Shown: piece after piece, positions 7,387 to 14,899 of the stretch
Layout of the letters: each line of letters opens with the position of its first letter
Numbering within the stretch: the first letter of the stretch is position 1
Assembly (NCBI RefSeq): GCF_019285775.1
Contig: NZ_CP079105.1
Coordinates: 3,270,603 to 3,294,602 of the forward strand
From: Skermania pinensis
Lineage (GTDB): Bacteria; Actinomycetota; Actinomycetes; Mycobacteriales; Mycobacteriaceae
Reading direction: 5' to 3'
Length of the DNA: 24,000 nucleotides
Program-made: the position numbers and the translations under genes
The notes under the pieces: generated by a model
Databases searched by the model: none
Told to the model about the DNA's origin: nothing
The model's input: only the letters and a program-made list of their open reading frames with translations

Positions 7387-8037
7387 ATGTCCGCACGATC
7401 GATCGCTCCGCTTCCGTGGCACCGCATCACGAGCAACTTTCCACCGGGATCGCTCCGCCGCGCGTCAGCTCGCCGACTACTCGCCGGACTACTGGCCCTG
7501 CTCGGCATCATCCTGCTGATTCGGGGTGAGCTCGACACCGGACACGACCGCCTGATCGTCGCCGCCGCCGATCTGGCACCGGGCCGAATACTCACTGCCG
7601 ACGACGTCACCGTGCGGGAGTTCGCCTCGGGCACACGACCCGACGGCGCGCTACAGGAACCCGCCGACGCACTCGGCCGGACGTTGGTCGGAGCCACTCG
7701 GCGCGGCGAACCGATCACCGACGTCCGGGTGATCTCGCCGCGCGCCGCCACCGCTGCCGCCGGCACCGCCGATGCCCGGATCGTGCCGGTGCAACTCGCC
7801 AACGCCGGCGTCGTCGATCTGCTCCGCGACGGCGACCGGGTCGACGTCGTCCGCGCCTCGAGCGATCCGCGATCGCCGACTCCGGCGGTGCTGGCCACCG
7901 ATGCGGCCGTGGTTCAGGTCGGCGAAGCGACCGGGCGGAGCGACGAGCGGGTGGTGCTCCTCGCACTCGGCGCCGAGCAGGCAACCGCGATCGCGGCCGT
8001 CTCGCTCACCGACGCGATTACCGTGTTACTCAGATGA
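7387..8037 (+). CDS. SAF domain-containing membrane-anchored protein (CpaB/RcpC-like architecture)
   Basis: One N-terminal TM helix (RRLLAGLLALLGIILLI). This is followed by a SAF-type segment (DLAPGRILTADDVTVREFASGTRPDGALQEPADALGRTLVGATRRGEPITDVRV). Position next to the FmdB gene matches Rv0990c/Rv0991c synteny. ATG start. Confidence 0.75.
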   Translation: MSARSIAPLPWHRITSNFPPGSLRRASARRLLAGLLALLGIILLIRGELDTGHDRLIVAAADLAPGRILTADDVTVREFASGTRPDGALQEPADALGRTLVGATRRGEPITDVRVISPRAATAAAGTADARIVPVQLANAGVVDLLRDGDRVDVVRASSDPRSPTPAVLATDAAVVQVGEATGRSDERVVLLALGAEQATAIAAVSLTDAITVLLR

Positions 8038-8195
8038 TGCTCCAGACCCGAGATGGACCCTACCGACATCGGCACGGGTAGGTCACGCCATGATCACACC
8101 GCAGACCGCGCGGAACGTTGCACTGTATGGGAGCTACAGGTTCGTTACCATACCGAAGACAGCACGTCCGAGCACAGATTCAGGAGCTACCCCGC

Positions 8196-8576
8196 ATGTT
8201 GAAGGGTTTCAAGGCTTTCATCTTCAAGGGCAATATCATCGACCTCGCGGTCGCGGTGGTCATGGGTACCGCGTTCGTAGCGATCGTCACCGCGTTCAGC
8301 GACAACGTGATCAACCCGATCCTTGCCGCGATCGGTGGGTCGAACGACCTCGGATTCGGCTTCAAGATCACCGATAGCGACGAGACCTTCGTCAACATCG
8401 GTGCGGTGATCACGGCCGGGATCAACTTCCTGATGATCGCCGTTGTTCTGTACTTCCTCGTCGTCGTCCCGGCGATGGCGGCGCAGCGACGGATGTTCGG
8501 CGAGAAAACCGACGATGCGAAGAACGAGGTTGTGCTCCTCACCGAAATTCGCGACTTGCTGCAACCGGGACGCTGA
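8196..8576 (+). CDS. mscL: Large-conductance mechanosensitive channel MscL
   Basis: MLKGFKAFIFKGNIIDLAVAVVMGTAFVAIVTAFSDNVINPILAAIGG is the MscL N-terminus and TM1 signature. A second TM follows (INFLMIAVVLYFLVVVP), then a C-terminal helix. The ATG at 8196 is preceded by CAGGAG (8181-8186). The track start at 8118 is an upstream extension. Confidence 0.92.
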   Translation: MLKGFKAFIFKGNIIDLAVAVVMGTAFVAIVTAFSDNVINPILAAIGGSNDLGFGFKITDSDETFVNIGAVITAGINFLMIAVVLYFLVVVPAMAAQRRMFGEKTDDAKNEVVLLTEIRDLLQPGR

Positions 8577-8621
8577 CCGCAAGGGCCAAACGCTGCGGCC
8601 GTCGAATTCAATAGCATTGAC

Positions 8622-8664
8622 ATCGGTGAGGCCACGTACCGAATCGGTACGTGGCCTCACCGAT
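8622..8664. terminator. Near-perfect 43-bp palindrome; likely bidirectional terminator between convergent genes
   Basis: atcggtgaggccacgtaccga-a-tcggtacgtggcctcaccgat: 21-nt perfectly complementary arms around one central base. It lies between the mscL stop (8576) and the stop of the minus-strand gene at 8677. Confidence 0.6.
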
Positions 8665-8676
8665 ATGCGACCGACT

Positions 8677-9369
8677 TCAGCCGGGAACCGAAGCGAACTG
8701 CGGCGGCCACGTGCTGTAGGAACCACAGGTGCCCACCGTCATATAGACACCGCCGCGCGGCGGTAACACCGAGATCACTTTCACGCTGTGCGGCGGAACG
8801 AAATCTTCCGGCCGCGACGAACTGAACCGGAACGGCGCACCGACGTAGTTGAGCTCGGTAACCTCCACCCCGCACGGCTCGTTACCGCTGGTCACCGTGG
8901 CCGCGACCGCACGGTCGACGCCGGGCAGCTCCGGGAACGGCTTCACCCAGGGCAGCGTGCTGACCAGCGGTCCGGATGCCGGAGCGTCGCCGACCACCAC
9001 CGGGGTCGCTTGCGCGTAATACTCTTCCGCACCGTCCCGGCAGACCGCACCGAGCGCGTAGACACCGTCGTTCGGCACGGTCACCGAGTAGACCGGCGGG
9101 CCGTCCGTCCGAGCCTGCGGGGCCCAGCGAAAACCGCCGTCGTCGTTCCGGAGAATCTCCTTGACCACCGGCGCACAGTCCGGCGAGCCAGGCTTCACCA
9201 GCGTGACCGAAATGGTCCGACCGCTCACCGACGACATCACGCCGGGCGGTGGCGGGGCACCAGCGGCCGGCCCAGCAGAAGCCAGGCTGAATAGCGAAGC
9301 GGCGGCAAGAGCAACACCGGCGCCACGTATCCAGCTCGAACCACCGACGTGGGGTATGCATTCCTGCAT
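8677..9369 (-). CDS. Secreted hypothetical protein with a Sec-type signal peptide and two internally similar Cys-pair domains
   Basis: The ATG at 9369 gives MQECIPHVGGSSWIRGAGVALAAASLFSLASAGPAAGA, i.e. a positive n-region, a hydrophobic core and an A-x-A-like site. GC3-rich codons throughout. I recognise no family motif. The track start at 9513 adds a non-protein-like extension. Confidence 0.6.
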   Translation of the reverse strand: MQECIPHVGGSSWIRGAGVALAAASLFSLASAGPAAGAPPPPGVMSSVSGRTISVTLVKPGSPDCAPVVKEILRNDDGGFRWAPQARTDGPPVYSVTVPNDGVYALGAVCRDGAEEYYAQATPVVVGDAPASGPLVSTLPWVKPFPELPGVDRAVAATVTSGNEPCGVEVTELNYVGAPFRFSSSRPEDFVPPHSVKVISVLPPRGGVYMTVGTCGSYSTWPPQFASVPG

Positions 9370-9480
9370 CGAGCACCTGTTCACTCGTAGTGGTTTTACC
9401 GAAACCCCGCTCCTACGCGGGAAAACACGCCCCGGTCGTGTTTGTGTAACGAATCCTAACGGATCGGACTCCGAACAGCC

Positions 9481-9515
9481 GCATGCCCGGCCGAGCAAAG
9501 CTCGACCGGGCATGC
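9481..9515 (-). terminator. Hairpin 20 nt downstream of the porin gene stop
   Basis: gcatgcccgg-c-cgagc-aaa-gctcg-a-ccgggcatgc: a 10-bp outer stem plus a 5-bp inner stem with one c/a mismatch between them. Confidence 0.45.
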
Positions 9516-9534
9516 GAACTTGCAGCTGAGCCGA

Positions 9535-10188
9535 TCAGTTCCGGAAGATCGGACCGTACGCAACGACCGTATCGCCGGCGGAGCTGACCAGCTTGACGTA
9601 CGGCCGGATGCTGGTCGGACCGACCACGCCGGTGACCGTGCCCTGGAAGCCGGTCAGCGCGATGTCGCCTTCGGCACCGGAGACGTCGCCCTCGGCAGCC
9701 GGCACATCCACGATGCCCGGGCCGGGGCCCACCGACACGTCGAAGCCCACCACCGGAATGAGATTGGTGATCGCGAAGCTCGGCGCGAAGCTGGAGTCGA
9801 GATCGAGCTCGAGATCCGGCGTCTGGTACTTCGCGGTGATGTGGCCGTCGAAGGTGGCCGGGTAGCCGACCTGGTACCCCATGGTGATATGGCCCTCGAA
9901 ATCGTCCGCATCCGGGCCGGTGATCTTGAAAGCGGCGCGGCCGCTGTGGAACCACTCGCGGGTGAACACGTTGCCGTCCAGCGGCGGCACGAAGTTGATC
10001 GCAGTGTCAACGGTCTGCGCTTCGATCGTGTTACCACCGTGATCGACGACGTGCTGGCTGCCGTCCACGGCTGCACTCGCGGTGCCGCTGTTACCCACCG
10101 CCAGACCCACTGCGGCCACCGAAGCAACCGCGATCGCCCGCGCGAACGCGAGCCCACGGCGACGCCGCGGGGAACGAAGTTCTGTCAT
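9535..10188 (-). CDS. MspA-family outer-membrane porin
   Basis: The mature region aligns without gaps to my recollection of M. smegmatis MspA across FTREWFHSGRA...GPDADDFEG...GYQVGYP...YQTP...FAPSF. It also aligns at GPGPGI, VDVSGAEG, GTVTGVVGPTSIRPY and the YGPIFRN end. A signal peptide is present (RRRRGLAFARAIAVASVAAVGLAVGNSGTASA). The track start is a TTG at 10191; the ATG at 10188 is the next codon. Confidence 0.9.
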   Translation of the reverse strand: MTELRSPRRRRGLAFARAIAVASVAAVGLAVGNSGTASAAVDGSQHVVDHGGNTIEAQTVDTAINFVPPLDGNVFTREWFHSGRAAFKITGPDADDFEGHITMGYQVGYPATFDGHITAKYQTPDLELDLDSSFAPSFAITNLIPVVGFDVSVGPGPGIVDVPAAEGDVSGAEGDIALTGFQGTVTGVVGPTSIRPYVKLVSSAGDTVVAYGPIFRN

Positions 10189-10435
10189 CAACCCTCATCC
10201 TTCGTGTCGTGGCCGAGCAAGATGCACGCTCGGCTCCCGATCCCGACCATCGGAACCGGGGAGCAGCCCCGATTCGATCCGGCCTCAGCCTGGCTCACCC
10301 ATATGTCCGGATTGTTACGCCCGGACTACGGCGCGAACTCACAACCATGGCCGTCATCGAACCTTTGACGACCGCGGAGCTGCGCGCTGACACCGCGCCC
10401 AACCCGCTCGAGCCGGGAAATCCGGCTCGTAGGGA

Positions 10436-10464
10436 ACCCTAACTGGTGCATTTCGGTGTAGCAA
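10436..10464 (-). promoter_or_regulatory. Candidate sigma-A-type promoter for the porin gene (-35 TTGCTA, 17-nt spacer, -10 TAGGGT)
   Basis: Read on the minus strand inside the only visibly AT-richer patch of the porin upstream region. The -10 fits the mycobacterial TANNNT pattern. It would give a leader of about 240 nt. Pattern match only. Confidence 0.2.
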
Positions 10465-10588
10465 AGTGACAGCTTGGAGGCTAATACGTGATGTACATCA
10501 CCATCATTTGGACGCGCCGACGGGAGATAACGGACTTATCACAGATGAGGTACCGAACGACAAAGACGTCGGACGAGAAGGCCGACCG

Positions 10589-10753
10589 TCAACGGTGGTG
10601 CGGCGGCCGTTCCCGAAGCAGCCAGTCGTCCCGCTCCGGCATCGGCTCCCGCTCGTCACTCGTCGATTCGGGCAGGACCTCGCCGAAGATCCGCGCCAAC
10701 CGGGCAGCGTCCGCCGCGGCCCCGGCGGCGGACGGATTCGGCCGACCGGTCAT
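10589..10753 (-). CDS. Small (54-aa) hypothetical protein, translationally coupled to moaB2
   Basis: Its ATG (10753-10751) overlaps the moaB2 TGA (10752-10750) as ATGA. The product is MTGRPNPSAAGAAADAARLARIFGEVLPESTSDEREPMPERDDWLLRERPPHHR. By my hand count, third-codon positions are overwhelmingly G or C, as in the flanking genes. Confidence 0.5.
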   Translation of the reverse strand: MTGRPNPSAAGAAADAARLARIFGEVLPESTSDEREPMPERDDWLLRERPPHHR

Positions 10754-11313
10754 TCGGCCAAGCCGGACAACTCGCCGATGACGTGAACCGCCAGCGGGCC
10801 GAGGGTCGCCATCCCGTCCCGCACCGCGGCCCGGGAACCGGCCAAGTTCACCACCAGTGTGCTCCCCGATACGCCGACCAGTCCGCGAGACAAGCCCGCG
10901 TCGAGTGCGCCGGCCGCCAATCCGGACGAGCGCAGCGCTTCGCTGATGCCGGGCAGTTCCCGGTCGAGCACCTCGGCCGTCGCGTCCGGGGCGACATCGC
11001 GCGGCGACACCCCGGTACACCCGACCGAGATCACCAGATCGACGCCACCGATGACCGCGGTGTTCAGCGCGTTTCGGATCTCCACCTCGTCGGCGGCGAC
11101 CGCGACCGTCGCATCGACCAGGAAACCCTGCTCGCTGAGCAGCTCGGCGACCAACGGTCCGGTCGAATCGACATCGTCCCCGTGCGTTATCCGGTCATCG
11201 ACGATGACCACGAGCGCACGCCCCGCCACCGGGTTGTCCGTCTTCATGAGGCCAACCGTAATGCCCAGATCGTCGACGACGGTCCGCCACTCGGAAATTC
11301 CCGACTGTTCCAT
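10750..11313 (-). CDS. moaB2: MoaB/Mog-family molybdenum cofactor biosynthesis protein (MoaB2-like)
   Basis: RALVVIVDDRITHGDDVDSTGPLVAELLSEQGF, ADEVEIRNALNTAVIGGVDLVISVGCTGVSPRDV and GLSRGLVGVSGSTLVVNLAGSRAAVRDGM match MoaB/MogA domain motifs and closely resemble Rv0984. The ATG lies 7 nt after the pepD stop, with GAGGTAGGG as SD. Confidence 0.88.
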   Translation of the reverse strand: MEQSGISEWRTVVDDLGITVGLMKTDNPVAGRALVVIVDDRITHGDDVDSTGPLVAELLSEQGFLVDATVAVAADEVEIRNALNTAVIGGVDLVISVGCTGVSPRDVAPDATAEVLDRELPGISEALRSSGLAAGALDAGLSRGLVGVSGSTLVVNLAGSRAAVRDGMATLGPLAVHVIGELSGLAE

Positions 11314-11320
11314 CCCTACC

Positions 11321-12577
11321 TCAGCGTCCGCCCTGGGTCGGCGCGGCCGGTTGTGCCGGCGCTACGCCCAGGGTCACCTGAACCGTCTTCGGATTGCTGC
11401 CGTCGCGCGCGGTGTAGGTGATCTGCACCGTGTCGCCGGGCGCGTGCGACCGCACCGCGGCGATCAGCGCGTCCCCGGAATCGATGTTCCGGTCGTCGAC
11501 CTTGGTGATAACCCCATCCCGTGGCAGTCCCGCCTTCTCCGCCGGGCCGCCGTTGGTCACGTCGCTGATCAGGGCACCGTTGGCGTCCGAGTCGGCCGGC
11601 ACCGAAACCCCGATGTACGCGTGCTGCGCCGCGCCGGTCTTGACCAGCTCGTCGGCGATCCGTCGGGCCTGATCCACCGGAATGGCGAAGCCGAGCCCGA
11701 TCGAGCCGCTCTGCGGTCCGCCCTGCGCCGAAGCGCCGCCGAGCGTCGCGATCGCCGAGTTGACCCCGATCAGCTTTCCGTCCATGTCGACCAGCGCACC
11801 GCCGGAGTTGCCCGGATTGATCGCGGCATCGGTCTGGATCGCATCGATCACGGTGTTCTGATTACCGGAGTCGCCACTGGTCGATACCGGACGATTGAGC
11901 GAGCTGATGATGCCCGTGGTAACCGTGCCGGCCAGACCGAGCGGCGATCCGACCGCCACCACCTGCTGCCCGACCTGCAGACTCTGCGAACTGCCGAGTT
12001 CGATCGGGGTCAACCCGGACTTACCTTCGACCTTGATCACCGCGATATCGGTGACCGGGTCGGTTCCCTTGACCGTGGCGGGTGCGACCGTACCGTCGTT
12101 GAACGCCACCTGCAGCTTGGCTCCGGTTCCGGCGCCGGTGGCCACGTGGTTGTTGGTCAGGATCAGCCCATCCGAAGACAAGATCACGCCGGAACCTTCG
12201 CCTTCCGCCGCGCGACCGGCCACCTCGATCGTCACCACGCTGGGGAGCACCTTGCCGGCTACCGCCTGCACCGAGCCGGCCGGCGCGTTCACCGCCGGTT
12301 CCGCGTTCGGTTGCGGCGCGTCGAGGGCACTGGACGCCGACACCGACGTCGCCGAGTCGGACGAACGAGCGACGACCGCGCCCACTGCACCGCCTACCCC
12401 ACCGGCGACCAGGGCGATTGCCAAGGCACCGGCCGCCAGGGCCCCGCCCCGCCGCCGCGGAGCCGGCTGTGGCGACACCGGCTGTGGCGGCATCGGGTAG
12501 CCGGGCGGATAGCCGGGCTGGGAACTCTGGGTCATCGTCGGACACACCACCTCTGCGGTCGATCGGTTCGGGTCCAC
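11321..12577 (-). CDS. pepD: HtrA/DegP-family serine protease PepD (trypsin-like domain + PDZ)
   Basis: Pro-rich cytoplasmic N-terminus, one TM (GALAAGALAIALVAGGVGGAVGAVVA), and catalytic-triad context (ILTNNHV ... DIAVIKV ... INPGNSGGALVDMDGKLIGVNSAI). A C-terminal PDZ follows (YIGVSV...GGPAEKAGLPRDGVITKVDDRNI). The start is either the GTG at 12577 or the ATG at 12535. Confidence 0.88.
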   Translation of the reverse strand: MDPNRSTAEVVCPTMTQSSQPGYPPGYPMPPQPVSPQPAPRRRGGALAAGALAIALVAGGVGGAVGAVVARSSDSATSVSASSALDAPQPNAEPAVNAPAGSVQAVAGKVLPSVVTIEVAGRAAEGEGSGVILSSDGLILTNNHVATGAGTGAKLQVAFNDGTVAPATVKGTDPVTDIAVIKVEGKSGLTPIELGSSQSLQVGQQVVAVGSPLGLAGTVTTGIISSLNRPVSTSGDSGNQNTVIDAIQTDAAINPGNSGGALVDMDGKLIGVNSAIATLGGASAQGGPQSGSIGLGFAIPVDQARRIADELVKTGAAQHAYIGVSVPADSDANGALISDVTNGGPAEKAGLPRDGVITKVDDRNIDSGDALIAAVRSHAPGDTVQITYTARDGSNPKTVQVTLGVAPAQPAAPTQGGR

Positions 12578-12599
12578 CCTGCTCGGGTCTGCTGAGAGG

Positions 12600-14087
12600 T
12601 CACTGAGAGCCGGCCGTCAGTTGGCCGTGTTCCTCGTGCCCCGGCCCGACCTCGCCGGGCAGCACGATCACGATCAACGCGCCACCGCGCGCGGAACGCT
12701 CGATCGCGATGGTGCCGCCGTGTTTCACCACGACCTGGCGGACGATCGCCAGCCCGAGTCCCGACCCGGGCATCGAACGAGCAGCCGTCGTCCGATAGAA
12801 CCGCTCGAAGACCAGCTCGCGCTCGTCCTCCGGAATACCCGGGCCGGCATCGTCCACGGTCAAGGTCAACAGCCCGGGCCCGGCCGGTTGCATCGACACC
12901 CACACCTGCGCGCCCGCCGGGCTCCATTTCGCCGCGTTGTCCAAGACGTTGAGCACCGCGCGCTGCAAGCCGGCCGCGTGCCCGTAGATCATCCACGGGA
13001 TGAGTCGGTCGGCGAACTCGATCTCGCTGCGTCGCCGCCGGGCCCGCTCCAACGCCCGCTCCACCACCTCGGCGAGATCGACCGGCTCGTAGACGGTCTC
13101 CGGAGCGTCCTCGCGCGCCAGGTCGACCAAGTCCCCGACCAGGGTGGACAGCTCCTCGATCTGCGCCATCACATCGGACCGCAGCTCCGCCATGTCCTCC
13201 TCCGGAATCGCCGGCGCGCCCGGCCGTCCGGCCGCAACCAGCAGCTCCATGTTGGTCCGCAACGAGGTCAGCGGGGTGCGCAGCTCGTGCCCGGCATCGG
13301 CGACCAGCCGGCCCTGCCGCTCCCGAGACTGCGCCAGCGTGCCCAGCATGGTGTTGAAGCTACGGGTCAGATGAGCCAGTTCGTCGTCGCCGGTAACCGG
13401 GATCGGCGTCAGATCGTCGGTGCGGGCGACCCGATCGGCAGCCGAGGTCAACCGGGTCACCGGACGCAGCCCGGTCCGGCCGACCGCGGTCCCGGCGATC
13501 GCCGCGAGCGCAACACCGCATCCGCCGACCACGAACAGCACCCACGCCAACCGATCGAGCACGGACCCGGTCGGCGCCAACTGCTGCGCCATCACCAGCG
13601 TGCTTCCGTTGTGAGTACGCCGCGCCAGCACCCGCTGCCCGTCCGCGGTACGCAGCGACGCCTCCTGTTCGCCCCGAGCCACGGCCATCTCGTCCATGCC
13701 CAACGGAGTCTGCGAACCCGGCGGCGTGTACACCGTCAGATCCGGAAAGATCAGCGCGACACTGATGTCCTCGGACGAGAAGGTCGCCAACGAGATGGAC
13801 TGGAAGCCGAATGCATCCGGAAAGTTGCTGTCGATCAACGTCGCGACCCGGGTCTGCAGCTGGTTGTCCACGTCGGCATACAGCGCCCGGGCCACGACCG
13901 CATAGGCGGTGATCGCCATCACCGCGACCGCCACGGTGACCACCGAGGCGGCGAGCAAGGTGACCCGCCAGCGCAGCGACACCGTCCGGGTGAGCGGAGT
14001 TGCCGGGCGCATCGGCGCCGAGCCGGGCGGCGCCACCAGCAGCGGCGCCACCCGACCGGCCGGGGTCCGAGTCACCATCGCAGCCAC
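12600..14087 (-). CDS. mprB: Two-component sensor histidine kinase MprB
   Basis: Two TM helices flank an extracytoplasmic loop, followed by a HAMP region. H-box LVADAGHELRTPLTSL, N-box VLDNAAKWSP, G1 DDAGPGIPE, G2 GSGLGLAIV. It is downstream of mprA and upstream of pepD, as for Rv0982. The GTG at 14087 or the ATG at 14078 could be the start. Confidence 0.88.
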   Translation of the reverse strand: MAAMVTRTPAGRVAPLLVAPPGSAPMRPATPLTRTVSLRWRVTLLAASVVTVAVAVMAITAYAVVARALYADVDNQLQTRVATLIDSNFPDAFGFQSISLATFSSEDISVALIFPDLTVYTPPGSQTPLGMDEMAVARGEQEASLRTADGQRVLARRTHNGSTLVMAQQLAPTGSVLDRLAWVLFVVGGCGVALAAIAGTAVGRTGLRPVTRLTSAADRVARTDDLTPIPVTGDDELAHLTRSFNTMLGTLAQSRERQGRLVADAGHELRTPLTSLRTNMELLVAAGRPGAPAIPEEDMAELRSDVMAQIEELSTLVGDLVDLAREDAPETVYEPVDLAEVVERALERARRRRSEIEFADRLIPWMIYGHAAGLQRAVLNVLDNAAKWSPAGAQVWVSMQPAGPGLLTLTVDDAGPGIPEDERELVFERFYRTTAARSMPGSGLGLAIVRQVVVKHGGTIAIERSARGGALIVIVLPGEVGPGHEEHGQLTAGSQ

Positions 14088-14099
14088 GGGCGGCGCCGG

Positions 14100-14786
14100 T
14101 CACGGCGGCGTCTCGCGCAGGACGTAGCCGACACCCCGCACGGTATGGATCAACCGCGGCTCGCCCTCGGCCTCGGTCTTGCGGCGCAGGTAGCCGACGT
14201 ACACCTCGAGTGCGTTACCCGACGTGGGGAAGTCGTAACCCCAGACTTCCTCCAGGATGCGGCTGCGGGTGAGCACCCGCCGGGGATTGGTCATCAGCAT
14301 CTCCAGCAACGAAAACTCGGTTCGGGTGAGACTGATCGGCCGGTCGCCACGAGTCACTTCGCGGGTCATCGGATCCAGGCCGAGGTCGGCGAACTCCAGC
14401 GACTCGGTCTCCGGATCGGCATCCGCACCGGCCCGCCGCAGCAGGGCGCGCAACCGCGCCAGCAACTCCTCCAAGGCGAACGGCTTGGGCAGGTAGTCGT
14501 CGGCTCCGGCATCCAGACCGGCAACCCGCTCGGACACCGAATCGCGGGCGGTCAACACCAGAATCGGCAGGTCATCGCCGGTACTGCGGAGCCGGCGGCA
14601 TACTTCGAGCCCGTCCAACCGCGGCATCATCACGTCGAGCACCAGAGCGTCGGGGCGCTGATTGGTCGTCTTGTCCAACGCATCGTGGCCGTCGACCGCG
14701 AGGTCGACCGAATAGCCGTTGAAGGTCAGCGAACGCCGGAGCGATTCGCGGACCGCGCGGTCGTCGTCGACAACCAGAATGCGCAT
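14100..14786 (-). CDS. mprA: OmpR/PhoB-family response regulator MprA
   Basis: From [20 protein letters not shown] to [11 protein letters not shown] the sequence is near-colinear with my recollection of M. tuberculosis MprA. This includes [55 protein letters not shown] and [12 protein letters not shown]. The ATG at 14786 was chosen; the track start at 14879 adds 31 unsupported residues that would run across a terminator hairpin. Confidence 0.9.
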   Translation of the reverse strand: MRILVVDDDRAVRESLRRSLTFNGYSVDLAVDGHDALDKTTNQRPDALVLDVMMPRLDGLEVCRRLRSTGDDLPILVLTARDSVSERVAGLDAGADDYLPKPFALEELLARLRALLRRAGADADPETESLEFADLGLDPMTREVTRGDRPISLTRTEFSLLEMLMTNPRRVLTRSRILEEVWGYDFPTSGNALEVYVGYLRRKTEAEGEPRLIHTVRGVGYVLRETPP

Positions 14787-14856
14787 ACGCCAAGTCCCAC
14801 TTTCTCGACCGAACGAACCGACCGGGACCGCAGCGACCGAGCCGGAACGCACAGAA

Positions 14857-14882
14857 GCCGTGCCACCGATCGGCGGCACGGC
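14857..14882 (-). terminator. Hairpin downstream of the GlsB-family gene, upstream of mprA
   Basis: gccgtgcc-a-ccga/tcgg-c-ggcacggc: 8-bp outer and 4-bp inner stems with one a/c mismatch. It lies 18 nt after the stop at 14900. Confidence 0.45.
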
Positions 14883-14899
14883 TACGGTGTGTCGTCAGA

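Noticed and set aside
6467-7396. 309-aa minus-strand ORF across the 5-FCL and FmdB region
   Set aside because: It is antisense to two genes with clear family signatures. The product is extremely Arg/Gly-rich.
8677-9513. Extended start (9513) for the secreted protein, and extended starts for mscL (8118), mprA (14879) and DUF4126 (19304)
   Set aside because: The extensions add non-homologous, Arg/Pro-rich residues. In the mprA case the extension crosses a terminator hairpin. Internal ATG starts give canonical N-termini or signal peptides, with SD-like motifs upstream of mscL and the secreted protein.
10466-10786. Plus-strand ORFs 10466-10786 (106 aa, contains HHHH) and 10488-10781 (97 aa, preceded by GGAGG)
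   Set aside because: Their length comes from running antisense through the GC-rich small ORF and the moaB2 3' end. The composition is not protein-like beyond the first ~30 codons. The SD-start arrangement is kept only as a note within the porin-upstream finding.
10859-12595. 578-aa plus-strand ORF
   Set aside because: It is antisense to pepD and moaB2. Its composition (Arg, Ser, Thr, Pro) is non-protein-like, and the opposite strand carries the protease catalytic motifs.
14787-14856. MprA-box direct repeats upstream of mprA (and a CTCTCAG string upstream of pepD at 12590-12599)
   Set aside because: I only see short CGGTC-type reiterations and cannot match them to the published consensus from memory. 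No site is claimed.
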